64,000 bases of DNA from Haliotis rubra (GCF_003918875.1 NW_025765603.1:992001-1056000); one strand, 5' to 3'. Shown: positions 1-13,002, counted from the stretch's first letter. The notes: generated from the sequence alone by a model not told the origin. Program-made: numbers and translations.

Positions 1-850
1 GACGTTGAAGGTAGATTTGAGTGTTCTTGCCATGATGTTGAAGGTAGATTTCAGTGTGCCTGCCATGATGTTGAAGGTAGGTTTCAGTATGCCTGCTATG
101 GTGTTGAAGGTAGATTTGAGTGTGCCTGCCATGATGTTGAAGGTAGATTTCAGTATGCCTGCTATGGTGTTGAAGGTAGATTTAAGTGTGCCTGCTATGG
201 TGTTGAAGGTAGTTTTCAGTATGCCTGCTGTGGTGTTGAAGGTAGATTTGAGTGTACCTGCCATGATGTTGAAGGTCGATTTGAGTATGCCTGCTATGGT
301 GTTAAAGGTAGATTTGAGTGTGCATGCTATGGTGTTGAAGGTAGATTTGAGTCTGCCTGCCATGATGTTGAAGGTAGATTTGAGCGTGCTTGCCATGATG
401 TTGGAGGTAGATTTCACTGTGCCTGTCATGATGTTGAAGGTAGATTTGAGTATGCCTGCCATGATGTTGAATGTAGATTTGAGTATGCCTGCTATGGTGT
501 TGAAGGTAGATTTGAGTGTGCCTGCCATGATGTTGAAGGTAGATTTGAGTATGCCTGCCATGATGTTGAATGTAGATTTGAGTATGCCTGCCATGATGTT
601 GAATGTAGATTTGAGTGTGCCTGCCATGACGTTGAAGGTAGATTTGAGTGTTCTTGCCATGATGTTGAAGGTAGATTTCAGTGTGCCTGCCATGATGTTG
701 AAGGTAGATTTAAGTATGCCTGCCATGATGTTGAAGGTAGATTTCAGTGTGCCTGCCATGATGTTGAATGTAGATTTGAGTATGCCTGCTGTGGTGTTTT
801 TGAGTGTACCTGCCATACTGTTGAAGGTAGATTTGAGTGTTCCTGTCATG
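1..850. repeat. 33-bp minisatellite, about 26 units, runs off the window start
   Basis: Unit GTTGAAGGTAGATTTGAGTGTGCCTGCCATGAT repeated with point variants. The 5..868 ORF is this unit read as an 11-aa repeat. Confidence 0.95.
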
Positions 851-1792
851 GTTTTAGGGGAGATTTGAGAGCCATACATTTGGCTCAGAGAGATTTTGTG
901 ATAATGGTACCTGCAAGCTTAAATAACCGGGATCGTCCTGGACCTGAGTGTCCAGGGTGTGTCCCTATGCGAGTAGATGGGCGAACTCATACCCAAACGA
1001 GGATTCGGGAGGACGTTTTGGACCTTTGCTTCCTGGGGTGCCTCACCCACTCACTCACTCTAGACACAGCACCCATTCACTCACTCACTCACTCACTCAC
1101 TGTACATGCAATTGTTCTGGCAAGAGTATCTAAACTCTTGTCGGAAAAGTCGACTGAAATAGGTGTGGCTCGGTGGTTGATCATCTCAGACAGACGATAG
1201 ATTACCTGCAACACGTTCCGTTGTTTACTGACCGCCGTGGTATGGCTGAAATAGTGCTGACTGTGTCGTAAAACAACATTCATTCATTTTCCATTCAGGA
1301 TAATCACAGTTGTCGCTATCCGCAGCTTCTGAATTAGTGACTCAGTGTAACGCATTCGCTAAAGGACAATGTCAAATATAGACAGGGTGCTGGACCAAGA
1401 ATCTGGCGGTGTTCATGGCCATAGACAGTGTCGCATCACTCTGCAAAGACTGAGAGGATTTGCGGTGGATTACAGCCCAGCCATTGGGATTTGATGCCTA
1501 GTGCCACCTCACCTTGCAACATGCCAGCGTCTCCTTGCAGAAAAGTATTTTGGCCAAGTTTGTTCCTTGTTGTGTTTGCGAATGCAACGTATGCGCAGTC
1601 GTTACCTTCATTTCATGGTTTCTAACGCGCAAACGAAAATCAGCGACATTAGCGAGTAGGGCTTCAGGAACAGAATGTATACATAGATACATCACACGAA
1701 CCTATATGCTGGAGTCAGATGCGACAATTGGGTTGTGTGGTCAGACTCGGTATCCCCGTTCTATATACAGACTCTTTGTTATGTGGCTTGAG

Positions 1793-1962
1793 GGGGCGGT
1801 GGGGTAGTCTAGTGGTTTAAGCGTTGGCTCGTCACGCCGAAGACCCGGGTTCGAATCCCCACATGGGTACAATGTGTGAAACCCATTTCTGGTGTCCCCC
1901 GCCGTGATATTGCTGGAATATTGCTAAAAGCGGCGTAAAACCAAACTCAGTCAGTCAGTCAG
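1793..1962 (+). mobile_element. tRNA-derived SINE (family A, tRNA-Asp-like head, (ACTC/AGTC)n tail)
   Basis: A-box TAGTCTAGTGG, GTC anticodon-like loop CTCGTCAC, B-box GGTTCGAATCC, tail GCTGGAATATTGCTAAAAGCGGCGTAAAAC. 13-bp TSD TATGTGGCTTGAG at 1780-1792 and 1963-1975. Confidence 0.9.
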
Positions 1963-3305
1963 TATGTGGCTTGAGCTCTGCTGACTGCGGCGTCAAATAC
2001 TCTCACTCACTCACTCAGTTAATTTCTTGTTCTCGATCGAGTTTCGTTGCTTATATTCAAGCATGATCATTTCTTACAGATAATGCTGCTTCTGAACACC
2101 AATACACGAGGCACAAACAGTTAGGTTAAGTCAGGAGATATTAGGAGCACCCCTTAAAATGTGATACACTTTGGACCAACATGAAAGTAATATGGCAGAT
2201 AATTCTTGTAAAATGGTTAGTACACTGGACACACAAGAAGAAAACGATTATCGCCTATAATATTTTACGGCGTGAAGCAATATTTATTCATTCAAATAAT
2301 GAAGGCTGCAGGTCGGTGTTACCTATCGTCGAGTTTCAATACATCATTGCGTCCATCAACTATATCCGGGTCGTCCGCTGTTTCTGGGTTCGAATCCAAG
2401 ATTTTTCATGAGGGTTCACGACGTAGGTAAACGCCAATGGCCTGTTTTGGTTGCAGCAAATAAAATAGCATTCAACAGGTACCACATCATGTTGGCGCCA
2501 GTATTAGAAAATAAGGAAAGGACGACTCTTGCCAAGTCTAATCGCGGAGGCCTCTCTCAATTTTGAAGGGCCTTTGGGGCAGCCAAGAGATTAAAACGTT
2601 CGCTCGTCACGCTGAAAGCTCCCCATACATGCGTACAATGTGTGAAGCCCTTTCCAGATGTCCCATAGTGATATTGCTGGAATATTGCTTATAAGTGGCC
2701 TAAAACCAAACTCACATACTCTTAATTTGAGCCCGAAAAGAAAACTTGACCCACTGTGGCCAGAACCTTGCTGGTGAGGAATATTTCTTCACGTCTCAGT
2801 CAAACTGAAAACTTGCTCATCTGTGCAAAGATGGGGTTCGAATGTTGACAAAGAGTCGTGAACATTGTCTAAGCATCCATGTGAACTCATCGCGAGACTG
2901 TCACTTTGCTGTTCACATTGCATCACGTACGGCAGATTTGCTGGAAAAAGCTGGTATCTTTAGAAAACAAATGTTTGCCGTCTGACTTGAGTTTGGGTCA
3001 GCAGGGGCTCTAAACTTAGCCTCACTCAAACCCACCCTCGATTATCCAGTGAAATACGTCGCCATTTATTAATATACAATCAACATTATACCTTGAAAAT
3101 CGAGAATGATCACATGACCTTGACCTTTTTTCTTTAACACTTTTCATGACCTTGACCTTGATTATTTTTCGTAGTTTTTCATTTCAGTTCAATTTCTGAA
3201 GCCCAATACTAGAGTAGCATGTCCCGATGCTGATGGAATAATACAAACATTGGCATACACTTTCTCATCCCACTTACTCATTTATCGATTTCTGTTCCCT
3301 TCCAG

Positions 3306-5573
3306 ATTGTGACCCAACAAAACAAGATCGAGCAGGTGCTTGAAGCCAAGAGAGTGAACTTCATTAAGATCGACATTGCTTCCAACGCTGAGTCCAAGGA
3401 AGAGATGCGGACCATCATGGGGGACGACCATGGACTTGCCCCTCAAATCTGTAACGGAAACGTTTATTGTGGAGTAAGTATTGATGTCAGTACAAGTACG
3501 GGGCGGTGGGGGTAGCCTTAACGGTTAAAGCGTCCGCTCGTCACGCCGGGTTCGAATCCCCACTTGCCTACAATGTGTGATGCCCATTTCTGGTGTCCCC
3601 CGCCGTGATATTGCTGAAATATTGCTAAAAGCGGCGTAAACTGAAACTCACTCACTCACTGTTATTCAGTAGGGACAGGCATGGTGCCATGTAGTTGCAG
3701 GGAAAGTTGCACGGGTGGCCCAGTCATCTGAACCAACGCTGTGTAAAGTTACGTCTTTTTGGGGATGAAAGAAATCCACGATCGTTGGTTCGAATCTAAG
3801 ATTTGCGATGATTGTGTTTCAAGGTTTGTCAGTATCATACCTGTCTTGTAGAGTATTTTTTTATGTTTTTGTTTTTTTATATTTTTATTTTTTTTAATGT
3901 CGGCCTCAGCAATATTCCAGCTTTATGGCAGCAGTCTGTAAATAATCACATCTGGACCAGACAATCAGTGATCAACAGCATGACAATCGAGCTACGCAAC
4001 TGGGATACGATGACATGTATTAACCCGATCCCCTTACTCTTACGACAAGCATGGGTTGCTAAAGACCAATTCTAACCGGGATCTCCACAGGTGGTTTAAG
4101 CTCGATGGTTTACAGTCGTATCGCTGCAATATTGCCCAGTGTGGCGTTTGATAATTAGGCGGGAAGACTTGGTTTCTTTTACCTCTAAATACATGTATAC
4201 CGTTCTTTCAAAAAGGCAATAGGATATGGATTGTACATACTCCCAACATGGCCCAGGAGAACAGGGAATAGTTGACAACTGTTGCCATTGATGCCAACGC
4301 ATAAAGACGTTGCTACATATACTAAGAATTATCTCTTATAATGTCACTTAATCCCATACGGTTCAGGCCTAGGATATCATGTTTCAAATTCGTGTGATGT
4401 GGCTTTAGAGCAATCGCCAGGAGAAATTGCATCGACATGCAAGCGGTGTAGGGGAAACAACTCTCTCAGACTAACCTGTCACCTATGCATTTGTTGCATT
4501 TTAACACCAGGATATAGCGGCAAAAGAGATTACCATGAGGAAATATTTTGAGTGAATTATGCCATGTCTAATAAACTATTCCTGTGAAGTATTTCTTTGT
4601 CCGTTGTGGGTGTGTATCTGGATGTAACACACTTAGGGGCGCTAGTGGTGAATTTGTATGAGCTACGTAACGCTGCAAGTGTTATTAACTCGTGTTATTC
4701 CGGGACAAGCCGAATAGCGAGGTCACGGAGAGTGGTGACGAATGTGCAAGTCCTTAACGAGTTGCGTCCCTTAGTTTCGATTCCCGGCTGGCTATTATTG
4801 TATTCCGTGTTTGTCGCCACCACATACAGGTGTTTATTTGGTTTCACAAAGTTGTAAACGTCGTATGCCTGTAGGAACGATGGGATAGCCTAATGGTTGA
4901 AGACCCCTGAAGGTCCGGGTTAGAATATTGATCTTCAGTAACCCATGCTTATCGTAAGGGGCGACTAACGGGATCGGGTGGTCAGGCTCGCTGACTTGGT
5001 TGACACATGTCATCGGTTCCCCATTGCGCAGATCGATGCTCATGCTGTTGATCACTGGATTGTGTGGTCCAGACTCGATTATTTGCAGACCGCCGCCATA
5101 TAGCTGGAATACTGCTGAGTGCAGCGTAAAACTAAACTCACTCACTCACTAATGGTTAAAGCGTCCGCTCGTTACGCTAAAGACACAGGTTCGATTTCCC
5201 ATATGGTACAATGTGTGAAGCCCATATCTGGTGTCCCCCGCCGTGATATTGCTGGAATATTGCTAAATGCGGCGTAAAACATTCTCACTCACTCACTCGT
5301 ATGCCTGTATTATTATAACATTCTTAGATTTTACAGCCAACGGGTGGATCGTCTGGTCAGGACTTGATTATTTCACAGACTGCAGTCATACAGCTTGAAT
5401 ATCGTTGAATATGGCGTTATGCAACAGACAGGATGTAACAGGAATGTTATTCAGTCTTCACCCAATCTCACTTACTTTTATCACAGAATTACGAAACGTT
5501 TGCTGAAGCAAACGAAGTAGGCGAGCTGTTTGACTTCTTGAAACTCCCGAACCCCGTCAAAGAACAAAGCTAA
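3306..5573 (+). CDS. SH3BGRL: SH3 domain-binding glutamic acid-rich-like protein (glutaredoxin fold), last two coding exons; first coding exon not found in window
   Basis: Exon 3306-3473 (ttccag acceptor, gtaagt donor): IVTQQNKIEQVLEAKRVNFIKIDIASNAESKEEMRTIMGDDHGLAPQICNGNVYCG. Exon 5487-5573 (tcacag acceptor): NYETFAEANEVGELFDFLKLPNPVKEQS*. Matches the SH3BGR family pattern PQIxNGxxYCGxYxxFxxAxExxxLxxFLKL. Confidence 0.88.
3500..3660 (+). mobile_element. family A SINE in SH3BGRL intron
   Basis: Same head, body and (ACTC)n tail as 1793-1962, with a small internal deletion. Confidence 0.85.
4902..5149 (+). mobile_element. family B SINE-like element nested inside a family A SINE (approx. 4880-5297)
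   Basis: GACCC(C/G)TGAAGGTCCGGGTTAGAAT...GTCAGGCTCGCTGACTTGGTTGACACATG...GCTGGAATA(C/T)TGCTGAGTGC...(ACTC)n, flanked by duplicated CTAATGGTT(G/A)AA at 4890-4901 and 5149-5160. Confidence 0.85.
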
Positions 5574-7250
5574 GACACTGAGGTAACGTTGTATTTTACA
5601 TACCCTGTTTACAGTTAGCTCAGCAGGCACTGCTTCCACTTGCTACAATAACACCTGGGTTTTAATCCATGGTTTTAGTGGGTTCCTATTCTCGTGGTTA
5701 CGAAATGGCATTATAGGTTATGTAGTAGTCAAGTCACGCTTGGGGGGGCACTTGAACTTTTGTTCAGTACCTGAGGTATGTATACTGAATTCCAAAAGAA
5801 ACGTAAATATTACAAATGTTTGAAATTAGATGAAATTGGACATAAGTCAAGGCGGGTGGTACGTGTTTAGACAATCATTCCAGTCAGTTGTGTGTTCTGA
5901 TGATACCGAAGTGGCTGATGGAGGTTATACTCCGTACTGAAACGCCATTTCCCAGGACTCTACAGCGACCTTACCAAATGGCGCAATCTAACGACCTCTG
6001 TTTGACACTATCGCAAAATACACAGGTGTACTGTGTACACATTAAGTGGATTAAAATTAAACAAAACATTATGTTTCTTTTTCAGATTTTTATTATCCGG
6101 ATTTGATGCAATACTGAATTCAAAACAGATCCAGTTGAAACTAGGCGAGAACGGCACCCTGAATGTAGGAACTGCTCGGACATGCCTTCGTCGCCACTTA
6201 GATGTCACGTGACAGCGTTTGTACTTGTATATATATACCTTCCTCTTTACTATTAAAGGGTATTTTCTGTTGTATCTTGTATTGTCAGATGTAAAGCCTA
6301 TTTTGTTACAACTTTCAAACATCATTTATTGTCCATAAGAATATATTTATATTTGTACATGTTCTGAGTTCACGCAAAAATATATGGCGATGTAAATGGT
6401 AGACTAGTTTGAATTTAGATAATCAAAATAGAAGAGTGCCAGTATAAGCTAGTATTCAAAATGTCATTATAAATCCAGTTCATAATTATACAATGAGGTG
6501 ACATGCTGTTTTTGGTGTGGTTATCTCCCTTTCTTCTTTCAATGTTCACGGCTAACTCCGGTAGATGATGCAAAACTAGCCCAGTTTCCTGTGTATGCTG
6601 CGCTAGCGCTTCACTGCGCAGCATATACATGTAACCAAACAGATTTGACTTCCATTCGTAGCATTGGTTCGGTACCTAGATCACCTACATCGTGCATGAA
6701 CATGCAGTGAACGTTCACCGGCTCTCCACCCTTAACAATTCGATGGTCTTAAAGAGTACCAAAGGGAGATAACCAAACCAAACCAAAACATTATTATTAA
6801 TATACTTCACACGAAGCATGATGTAAAAATTTCAGTTAACTTTATCGTACTAAGACAAACAGGTTAGCTTTAAAAAAAAGTCTATTAGTTAGATAAATTT
6901 TAAAAGAGTACAGCAATATATTCCTGGTCTCGGGGTGTTCAAGTATCGTAGGCATTCCGGACCAGATCGTATCGTTTCGGGATAAGTCGAATGGTGACCG
7001 AGAGATGCGAGTGAAAACGAATCATTTGTCATCTCATTTCTGGGTTCCATGGTGACGGACCCATGGTGGTATTTCAAAATGTAATATGTACGAAAAAGGT
7101 GTCGACAACATTTGCCACAGACTAACTTTCCAATGCAGAAGAATAGACTTCATTCCAGAGCTTTAACCCATCTCTCCCGGTTTCATAAGTGCGAATATTT
7201 GTATATTCATATTGCCAAAAAAGGTAGTGTCTATGCTTTGCTTAATTTGA

Positions 7251-7421
7251 GGGGGGCGGTGGGGTAGCCTGATGGTTAAAGCGTTCGCTCGTCACGCCGA
7301 AGACCCGGGTTCGATTCCCCACATGGGTACAATGTGTGAAGCTCATTTCTGGTGTCCCCCGCCGTGATATTGCTGGAATATTGCTAAAAGCGGCGTAAAA
7401 CCAAACTCACTCACTCACTCA
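7251..7421 (+). mobile_element. family A SINE, near-consensus
   Basis: Full head and tail; TSD CTTAAT(T/C)TGAGG. Confidence 0.9.
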
Positions 7422-8799
7422 CTTAATCTGAGGTGTAATTTGTAACGCTATTCTGGCCAATACCAGTTTTCTGTTCCTTAGAAATACGCTTAAACATATT
7501 CAGTCTTCAATCTAATTTCTGCCTGCTAGTCTAATGTTTGATGGGACGGATAACCGAGTGGTAAAGCCTTGTCCCGGGTTCGGTTCCACGCTTGGGTACA
7601 ATGTGTGAGTTCCAGTCTTGGTGTCCCCCGTCGTGATATTACTGTCTTGTTGCTGGAAGCGGCTTACAAATGTACTCACGCGTATGCTTTGATTGTAAAT
7701 GTGTATCTCCTTTGACAGTAGTCACGCTCAGTCATCCAGGTCTCGGGATCTGTCAAGTCAGTATTTTGTTTTTGTTTGTTATCAGATATTTCAGATCAGT
7801 TAAGTATTGCATTCATAAATAGGTTTGTACATTCATAAAATCATGACAAGCTTATATTTGTAGTACCTGCAGAAAGAATGATTTTTTGACAAATTTACAT
7901 CTCGAAACGCCCTTGTTTGTCTTCATCTTAACGTCTTGTAAAGAATCGTTTTCACTGAGAAATATTTCAGAATGAAACACATCAGTACGTTTTGGAATGG
8001 CGATCGTATGATAGAGGTGGTCAACATGGCCGTCACAATTTCGATCAGTTGGACAGTACAGACATCATCAATTGCTGTCTAGTATTCGACCATGTGAAAA
8101 TTCCAACGGTTACTGCCAGCCCTATGCCCTATGGCTTCTACTTCTAGTGGCGTGTCGCTCCATCCCTTTAAAGAATAGAAGGCTAACTAACATGTAAAAC
8201 ATATATACTGTGTCAATGTATACCCAGTAAAGTGACTGGGCAGTTTTTTCGAATGTTTGTTTCTAGGAACATATTGAATACTTGTATTATAATAGTACAT
8301 ATACATCTATGTACATTTGAATTGTTACGTTTCAGTATACCAGTTATTGTCTGAAGGTTGCCCTTACCCCCATTTACAGCTAAACGTATTAGCCTGGATC
8401 AGAAGGAACCCAGTTGACCCTCAGTAACCAGTCCTTTGTTCCCTGTAGGCGAGTGTGTGTATTATGTTGAAGACTTGCATTTACAAGATTTTTAACGACT
8501 TTTCAATAAAACAATACATGTTTATCACAATATGAGTGTCTCTTGTATGTTCTGGGTGCGTCTTTCCGATAGCTTGTGTCTCGTGTAAAGGCCGCAGCTC
8601 AGTTTCCCTTAAAATACCCTATGTGTTTAACAGGACGCAACTTACTGTGCCAAAGCTCGATGACACTGGTCGGAAGAGAAAGAAGCCGATTACACATGTT
8701 CTTTGAAAAATGAAAGGGAAAATGACTTGGTCAAAGGAGTTAAAGGGCGACATGCGGCCAAGTGTCATGAAATACCAGGGTTTTCTGTTGCAAGGGTAC

Positions 8800-9480
8800 C
8801 TTGAACACCTGCATCACCCATAAAGACAGACAAACTCGCATCACCTGTAAAGTAAAATCATGACGTATGAACACTTGCATCACCCGTGAAGAGAGACATA
8901 CCAGCATCACCTGTAAAGTAAAATCATGACGTATGAACACTTGCATCACCCGTGAAGAGAGACATACCAGCATCACCTGTAAAGTAAAATCATGACGTAT
9001 GAACACTTGCATCACCCGTGAAGAGACATACCAGCATCACCTGTAAAGTAAAATCATGACGTATGAACACTTGCATCACCTGTAAAGAGAGACATACCAG
9101 CATCACCTGTAAAGTAAAATCATGACGTATGAGCACTTGCATCACCTGTAAAGAGCGACATACCAGCATCACCATACCAGCATCATGTGAAGTAAAATCA
9201 TGACGTATGAACACTTGCATCACCTGTAACACCTGTAAATAAAATTCATGACGTATGAACACTTGCCTCACCCGTGAAGAGAGACATACCAGCATCACTG
9301 GTGTAGTAAGACCATATGAACACTTGCATCAGTCATTAAGAGAGACACATTTGCATCACTTGTAAAGTAAGATCATAACATATGGGGACTTGCATCATTT
9401 GCATAGACAGACTTTGGCACATCACTTGTAAGGTAAGGTCACGATGTTGGGTACTTTCCTCACTTGTAAAGAAAGACTTT
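8800..9480. repeat. 66-bp dimeric minisatellite (27+39 bp subunits), degenerating at 3' end
   Basis: CATCACCCGTGAAGAGAGACATACCAG alternating with CATCACCTGTAAAGTAAAATCATGACGTATGAACACTTG. Confidence 0.9.
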
Positions 9481-9689
9481 AAGGTGTGACTATTTGCGTT
9501 ACCCGTGAAGAAATATGTTTAATATTATGTTGAAGAAAAACCTTCATACATGGTCACTCGCATCAAGAAATGTTTTGACGTATGCATACATGAATCACGT
9601 GCCAAGAAAGACCTGACTTATCATTACGTTGTACATGAATCGCTCACCATAGAAAGATCTTCAAATATGACGCCTCGCATCACGTGTCA

Positions 9690-9908
9690 AACAAGACCTG
9701 ACGTATCAATACTGTATCACCTGAAACAAGACCTGACGTATCAATACGTGTATCACCTGAAACAAGACCTGACGTATCAATACGTGTATCACCTGAAACA
9801 AGATCTGACGTATCAATACGTGTATCACCTGAAACAAGACCTGACGTATCAATACGTGTATCACCTGAAACAAGACCTGACGTATCAATACGTGTATCAC
9901 CTGAAACA
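9690..9908. repeat. 36-bp minisatellite, about 6 units
   Basis: Unit AAACAAGACCTGACGTATCAATACGTGTATCACCTG. Confidence 0.92.
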
Positions 9909-10276
9909 GAGAAATCACGTTGTATGAACCCATGAATAATTTGCGAAGAAATACGAGTACTTGCATCATATGTGAAGATGTTGACATAAATATTCTATTC
10001 TAATATTTGTGTAGACATCTAACAGCTGAGAATTATGAATGACACATGTGACGTACCCTTTCGGGAATAATATATATACCAATTATTGGAAATCCATTGT
10101 CAGATTGTATGTGCACCATTTGGTATATTGCGGCAAGCTCAGATATAGGGGCAGTGGGGTTAAAGGGCCGGGTTCGATTCCCCACATGGGTACAATGTGC
10201 GAAGCTAATTTCTAGTGTCCCAGAAATGGGCTTCACATATTGCACCCATGTGGGGAATCGAACCCGGTTATATTTT

Positions 10277-10470
10277 TGGCTACCCAACCACCCTAATCAT
10301 CAAAACGGTGGTGGTATTTAATAGAGCAATGAAGAAATATAATGAAGTAATATCGTATACAGTATTAATCTTCGTGAATACATATAACATTCTTTGGTAT
10401 TAGCCATCATATTAGGTTTACATCTTGAGTGCTCTGCCGTGATATTGCTGGAATATCGCTAAAAGCGGCG
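10277..10470 (+). mobile_element. SINE-like element with AT-rich body sharing the family A tail (related copies on - strand at approx. 27510-27735 and 31357-31610)
   Basis: CATCAAAACGGTGGTGGTATTT...GTGAATACATATAACATTCTTTGGTATTAGCCAT...GTGATATTGCTGGAATATCGCTAAAAGCGGCG occurs three times in the window. Confidence 0.7.
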
Positions 10471-11063
10471 TGACGAGCGAACGCTTTAACCACTAAGCTA
10501 CCCGACCACCCCCGATGCACATAGAGAGCCGGACACCGGGTAAACTCACACCAAGGAAACTATTCACAGGTGCCTCGGGCATGTGTGATGCCCATGGCAG
10601 GTGTCCCCCGCCGTGATATCGCTGGAACAATTCATGTCCCGAAATGACACGAGTGTCCACGAAGAGCAACTACTTGTCTTTAAGGAAGTCCATGTCCGGT
10701 TGTCAGTAAGCGGACATGTCACAAACTGTTCACTTTGAAATTACACATCACGCCCCACAGACCGCTGGTATGTATTTTATTTGTCTCATATAGTTGCTTC
10801 ATATTTACAGTTAATATACATATTGATATCATACTGATCGAAATTGCAAAATTTCATCGATAATAATCAGTCCGTTTAAATAAACAACACTTCATCCAGA
10901 CAGTGCGACATCTTTTTCGCTGTACCCATTGTAATTTCCCCTGAAAGCGTCTAGGGAAAGTTTCCGCTTTTTGTTTCAGGTTTGTATGAATATTGGTGTC
11001 TGTAGATGATACTTGTGAGTAAGGCTGCAACAATTACCACTATCAACCTGGTCTGATGACAAC

Positions 11064-11217
11064 ATGTTTGGGAGACGTACCCCTCTCGCCATGACACAAC
11101 CGAGTGTCAGCAATGGCGTGTCCTGCTGTGAGAAGCCAACACTTGTTAATGAGATCGAAGCCACGACTGTCACCGTTGAAAGCGACACAACTTACATTAA
11201 CAGACTTACTCACAAAG
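11064..11217 (+). CDS. STAND-ankyrin paralog P1, first coding exon (start codon plus conserved N-terminal motif)
   Basis: ATG at 11064 with in-frame stops upstream. Encodes MFGRRTPLAMTQPSVSNGVSCCEKPTLVNEIEATTVTVESDTTYINRLTHK. Ends at a phase-1 AAG/GCAAGT donor. Homologous to exons at 41992-42114 and 63587-63727. Confidence 0.8.
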
Positions 11218-11482
11218 GCAAGTAGTGTCCTTGTAGTGCATGAAGAAAAGAATTCATAGAATTGTAGTGATGCAGCTGTGTATTCACTTTCCCACATCAT
11301 GAAGATCTCAAGGAGGGACTTCCTACTTCGGCCAGGGGAGCTGTTGTTGTTTGTTGGCAGTATTACAGCTAAATGACGGCGGTAGTTTCAAAATAATCAA
11401 CAGCAAAACCTCTATCCTTAACAGCAAACAATGATTTGTGTTGTGAAGGATTACTGTAATGGACAAGAATATTTTTCTGGTA

Positions 11483-11715
11483 GACCCGTGAAGAACCAGG
11501 TTAGAATTTGTCTTCAGTAACCCATGCTTGTCGTAAGTGGCGACTAACGGCATCGAGTGGTCAGGCTCGCTGACTTGGTTGACACATGCCATCGTATCCC
11601 AATTGCGGAGATCGATGTTCATGATCACTGGATTGTCTGGTCCAGATTCGATTATTTACAGATCGCCGCCATATAGCTGGAATATTGCTGAGTGCTTTGT
11701 TAAACAACAAACGAA
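11483..11715 (+). mobile_element. family B SINE-like element
   Basis: Same body as 4902-5149. Confidence 0.85.
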
Positions 11716-12835
11716 CCATCTATTACATCAGTCACGAAAAGCAGCGATGCTCTGAGGCTTCATGACTCCATTAAAACATATTATCTGCATACATTCAATT
11801 TGAAATTATAAAGTCTAATGAGAAAAAGAAATAGACTTCACTCATAGTATCCATGTGGAGAATCGAACTTGGACCTACAGCGCGACGAGCAGACGCTTTA
11901 ACCATTCGGCTACCACCTTCACGTTAAAAGATTCTTGAGTTAAGGCTAACCGCACAGTCAGCATCAGAAGGCCTATGTAAAGATCGGTCGGGGAGTAGCC
12001 CAGTGGTTAAAGAGTTGCTTCGTCTCGCCGAAGACCCAGGTTCGATTCTCCACATGGGTACAATGTCCCCTGCCGTGATATTGCTGGAATATTGCTAACT
12101 ACGGGGTAAACCCCAACTCACTCACTCACTCACTCACTCACTCACTCACTCACTCATTCGTTCTGAATCGCCCGCCTCAGTCAAGGTGTAAACGTTGAGC
12201 TAGTCCGTCCTGAAAGAGACTCTCTGGGTTAATTTAAATGACAAAACAAAATATCTTTCTGTGTGCTCGCAGTGTTCAGGTATTTTGATGTGCGTTCTTG
12301 CTGAGTTGAAGACATACAATAATCCTGGTGGGCCAGTGACACCTGACGTGGTATTGACATGACGCACATATATAAATCATATTTCAATTATTAAAGGAGG
12401 CATTTTAAAATGCAGCAGGTGTTCAGCAGGTGAGTTGAGTTTCAGTCAGATCGTGTCCCACGCCCGGGGAGGACACCGGCATTATTTGTGTTGACAAAGG
12501 AGAGGCCACGAAGTTCTTGTGAATTTTCCTTCAGTGAAACGTAGCAAGTTTGCGATTTCACACATGTAAGGGCAGCATTTGTGTTTTCTGTTTCTCATCG
12601 CCCGACCGACCCTTCTAATTGTATTGCCGACAAAAAACAACAACAACAACAACAAAAACAAAAAACTTGAAACATTGACAATTATATTTCCGTGCTGGTT
12701 TTTTTATTCAGACTCACTGTCTACATGATGTAGAGTGCGATAGTAGTGTTCTGCATACACACTTGGCGTCATCACTTTATAATAGTGATTCATAGTCACA
12801 TGTTCAGACTCTAGTAAATGGTGGGGTGTGTGGGG

Positions 12836-13002
12836 GGGGAGGTTGGTTTAAGCCTAATGGTTAAAGCGTTGGCTCGTCACGCCGAAGACCCGGGTTCGAA
12901 TCCCCACATGGGTACAATGTGTGAAGCCCATTTCTGGTGTCCCCCGCCGTGATGTTGCTGGAATATTGCTGAAAGCGGCGTAAAACCAACCTCAGTCAGT
13001 CA
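12836..13002 (+). mobile_element. family A SINE
   Basis: Full head and tail; TSD TCTAGTAAATGGT. Confidence 0.85.

Noticed and set aside
5-868. 287-aa ORF with an 11-aa repeat
   Set aside because: By-product of a stop-free 33-bp minisatellite; no protein features or splice context.
1793-1870. tRNA-Asp genes at SINE heads
   Set aside because: They continue into a shared body and tail, have TSDs and a poor acceptor stem; these are SINEs.
8740-9987. Repetitive ORFs at 8740-9987 and 25281-25547
   Set aside because: Translations of 66-, 36- and 14-bp tandem repeats.
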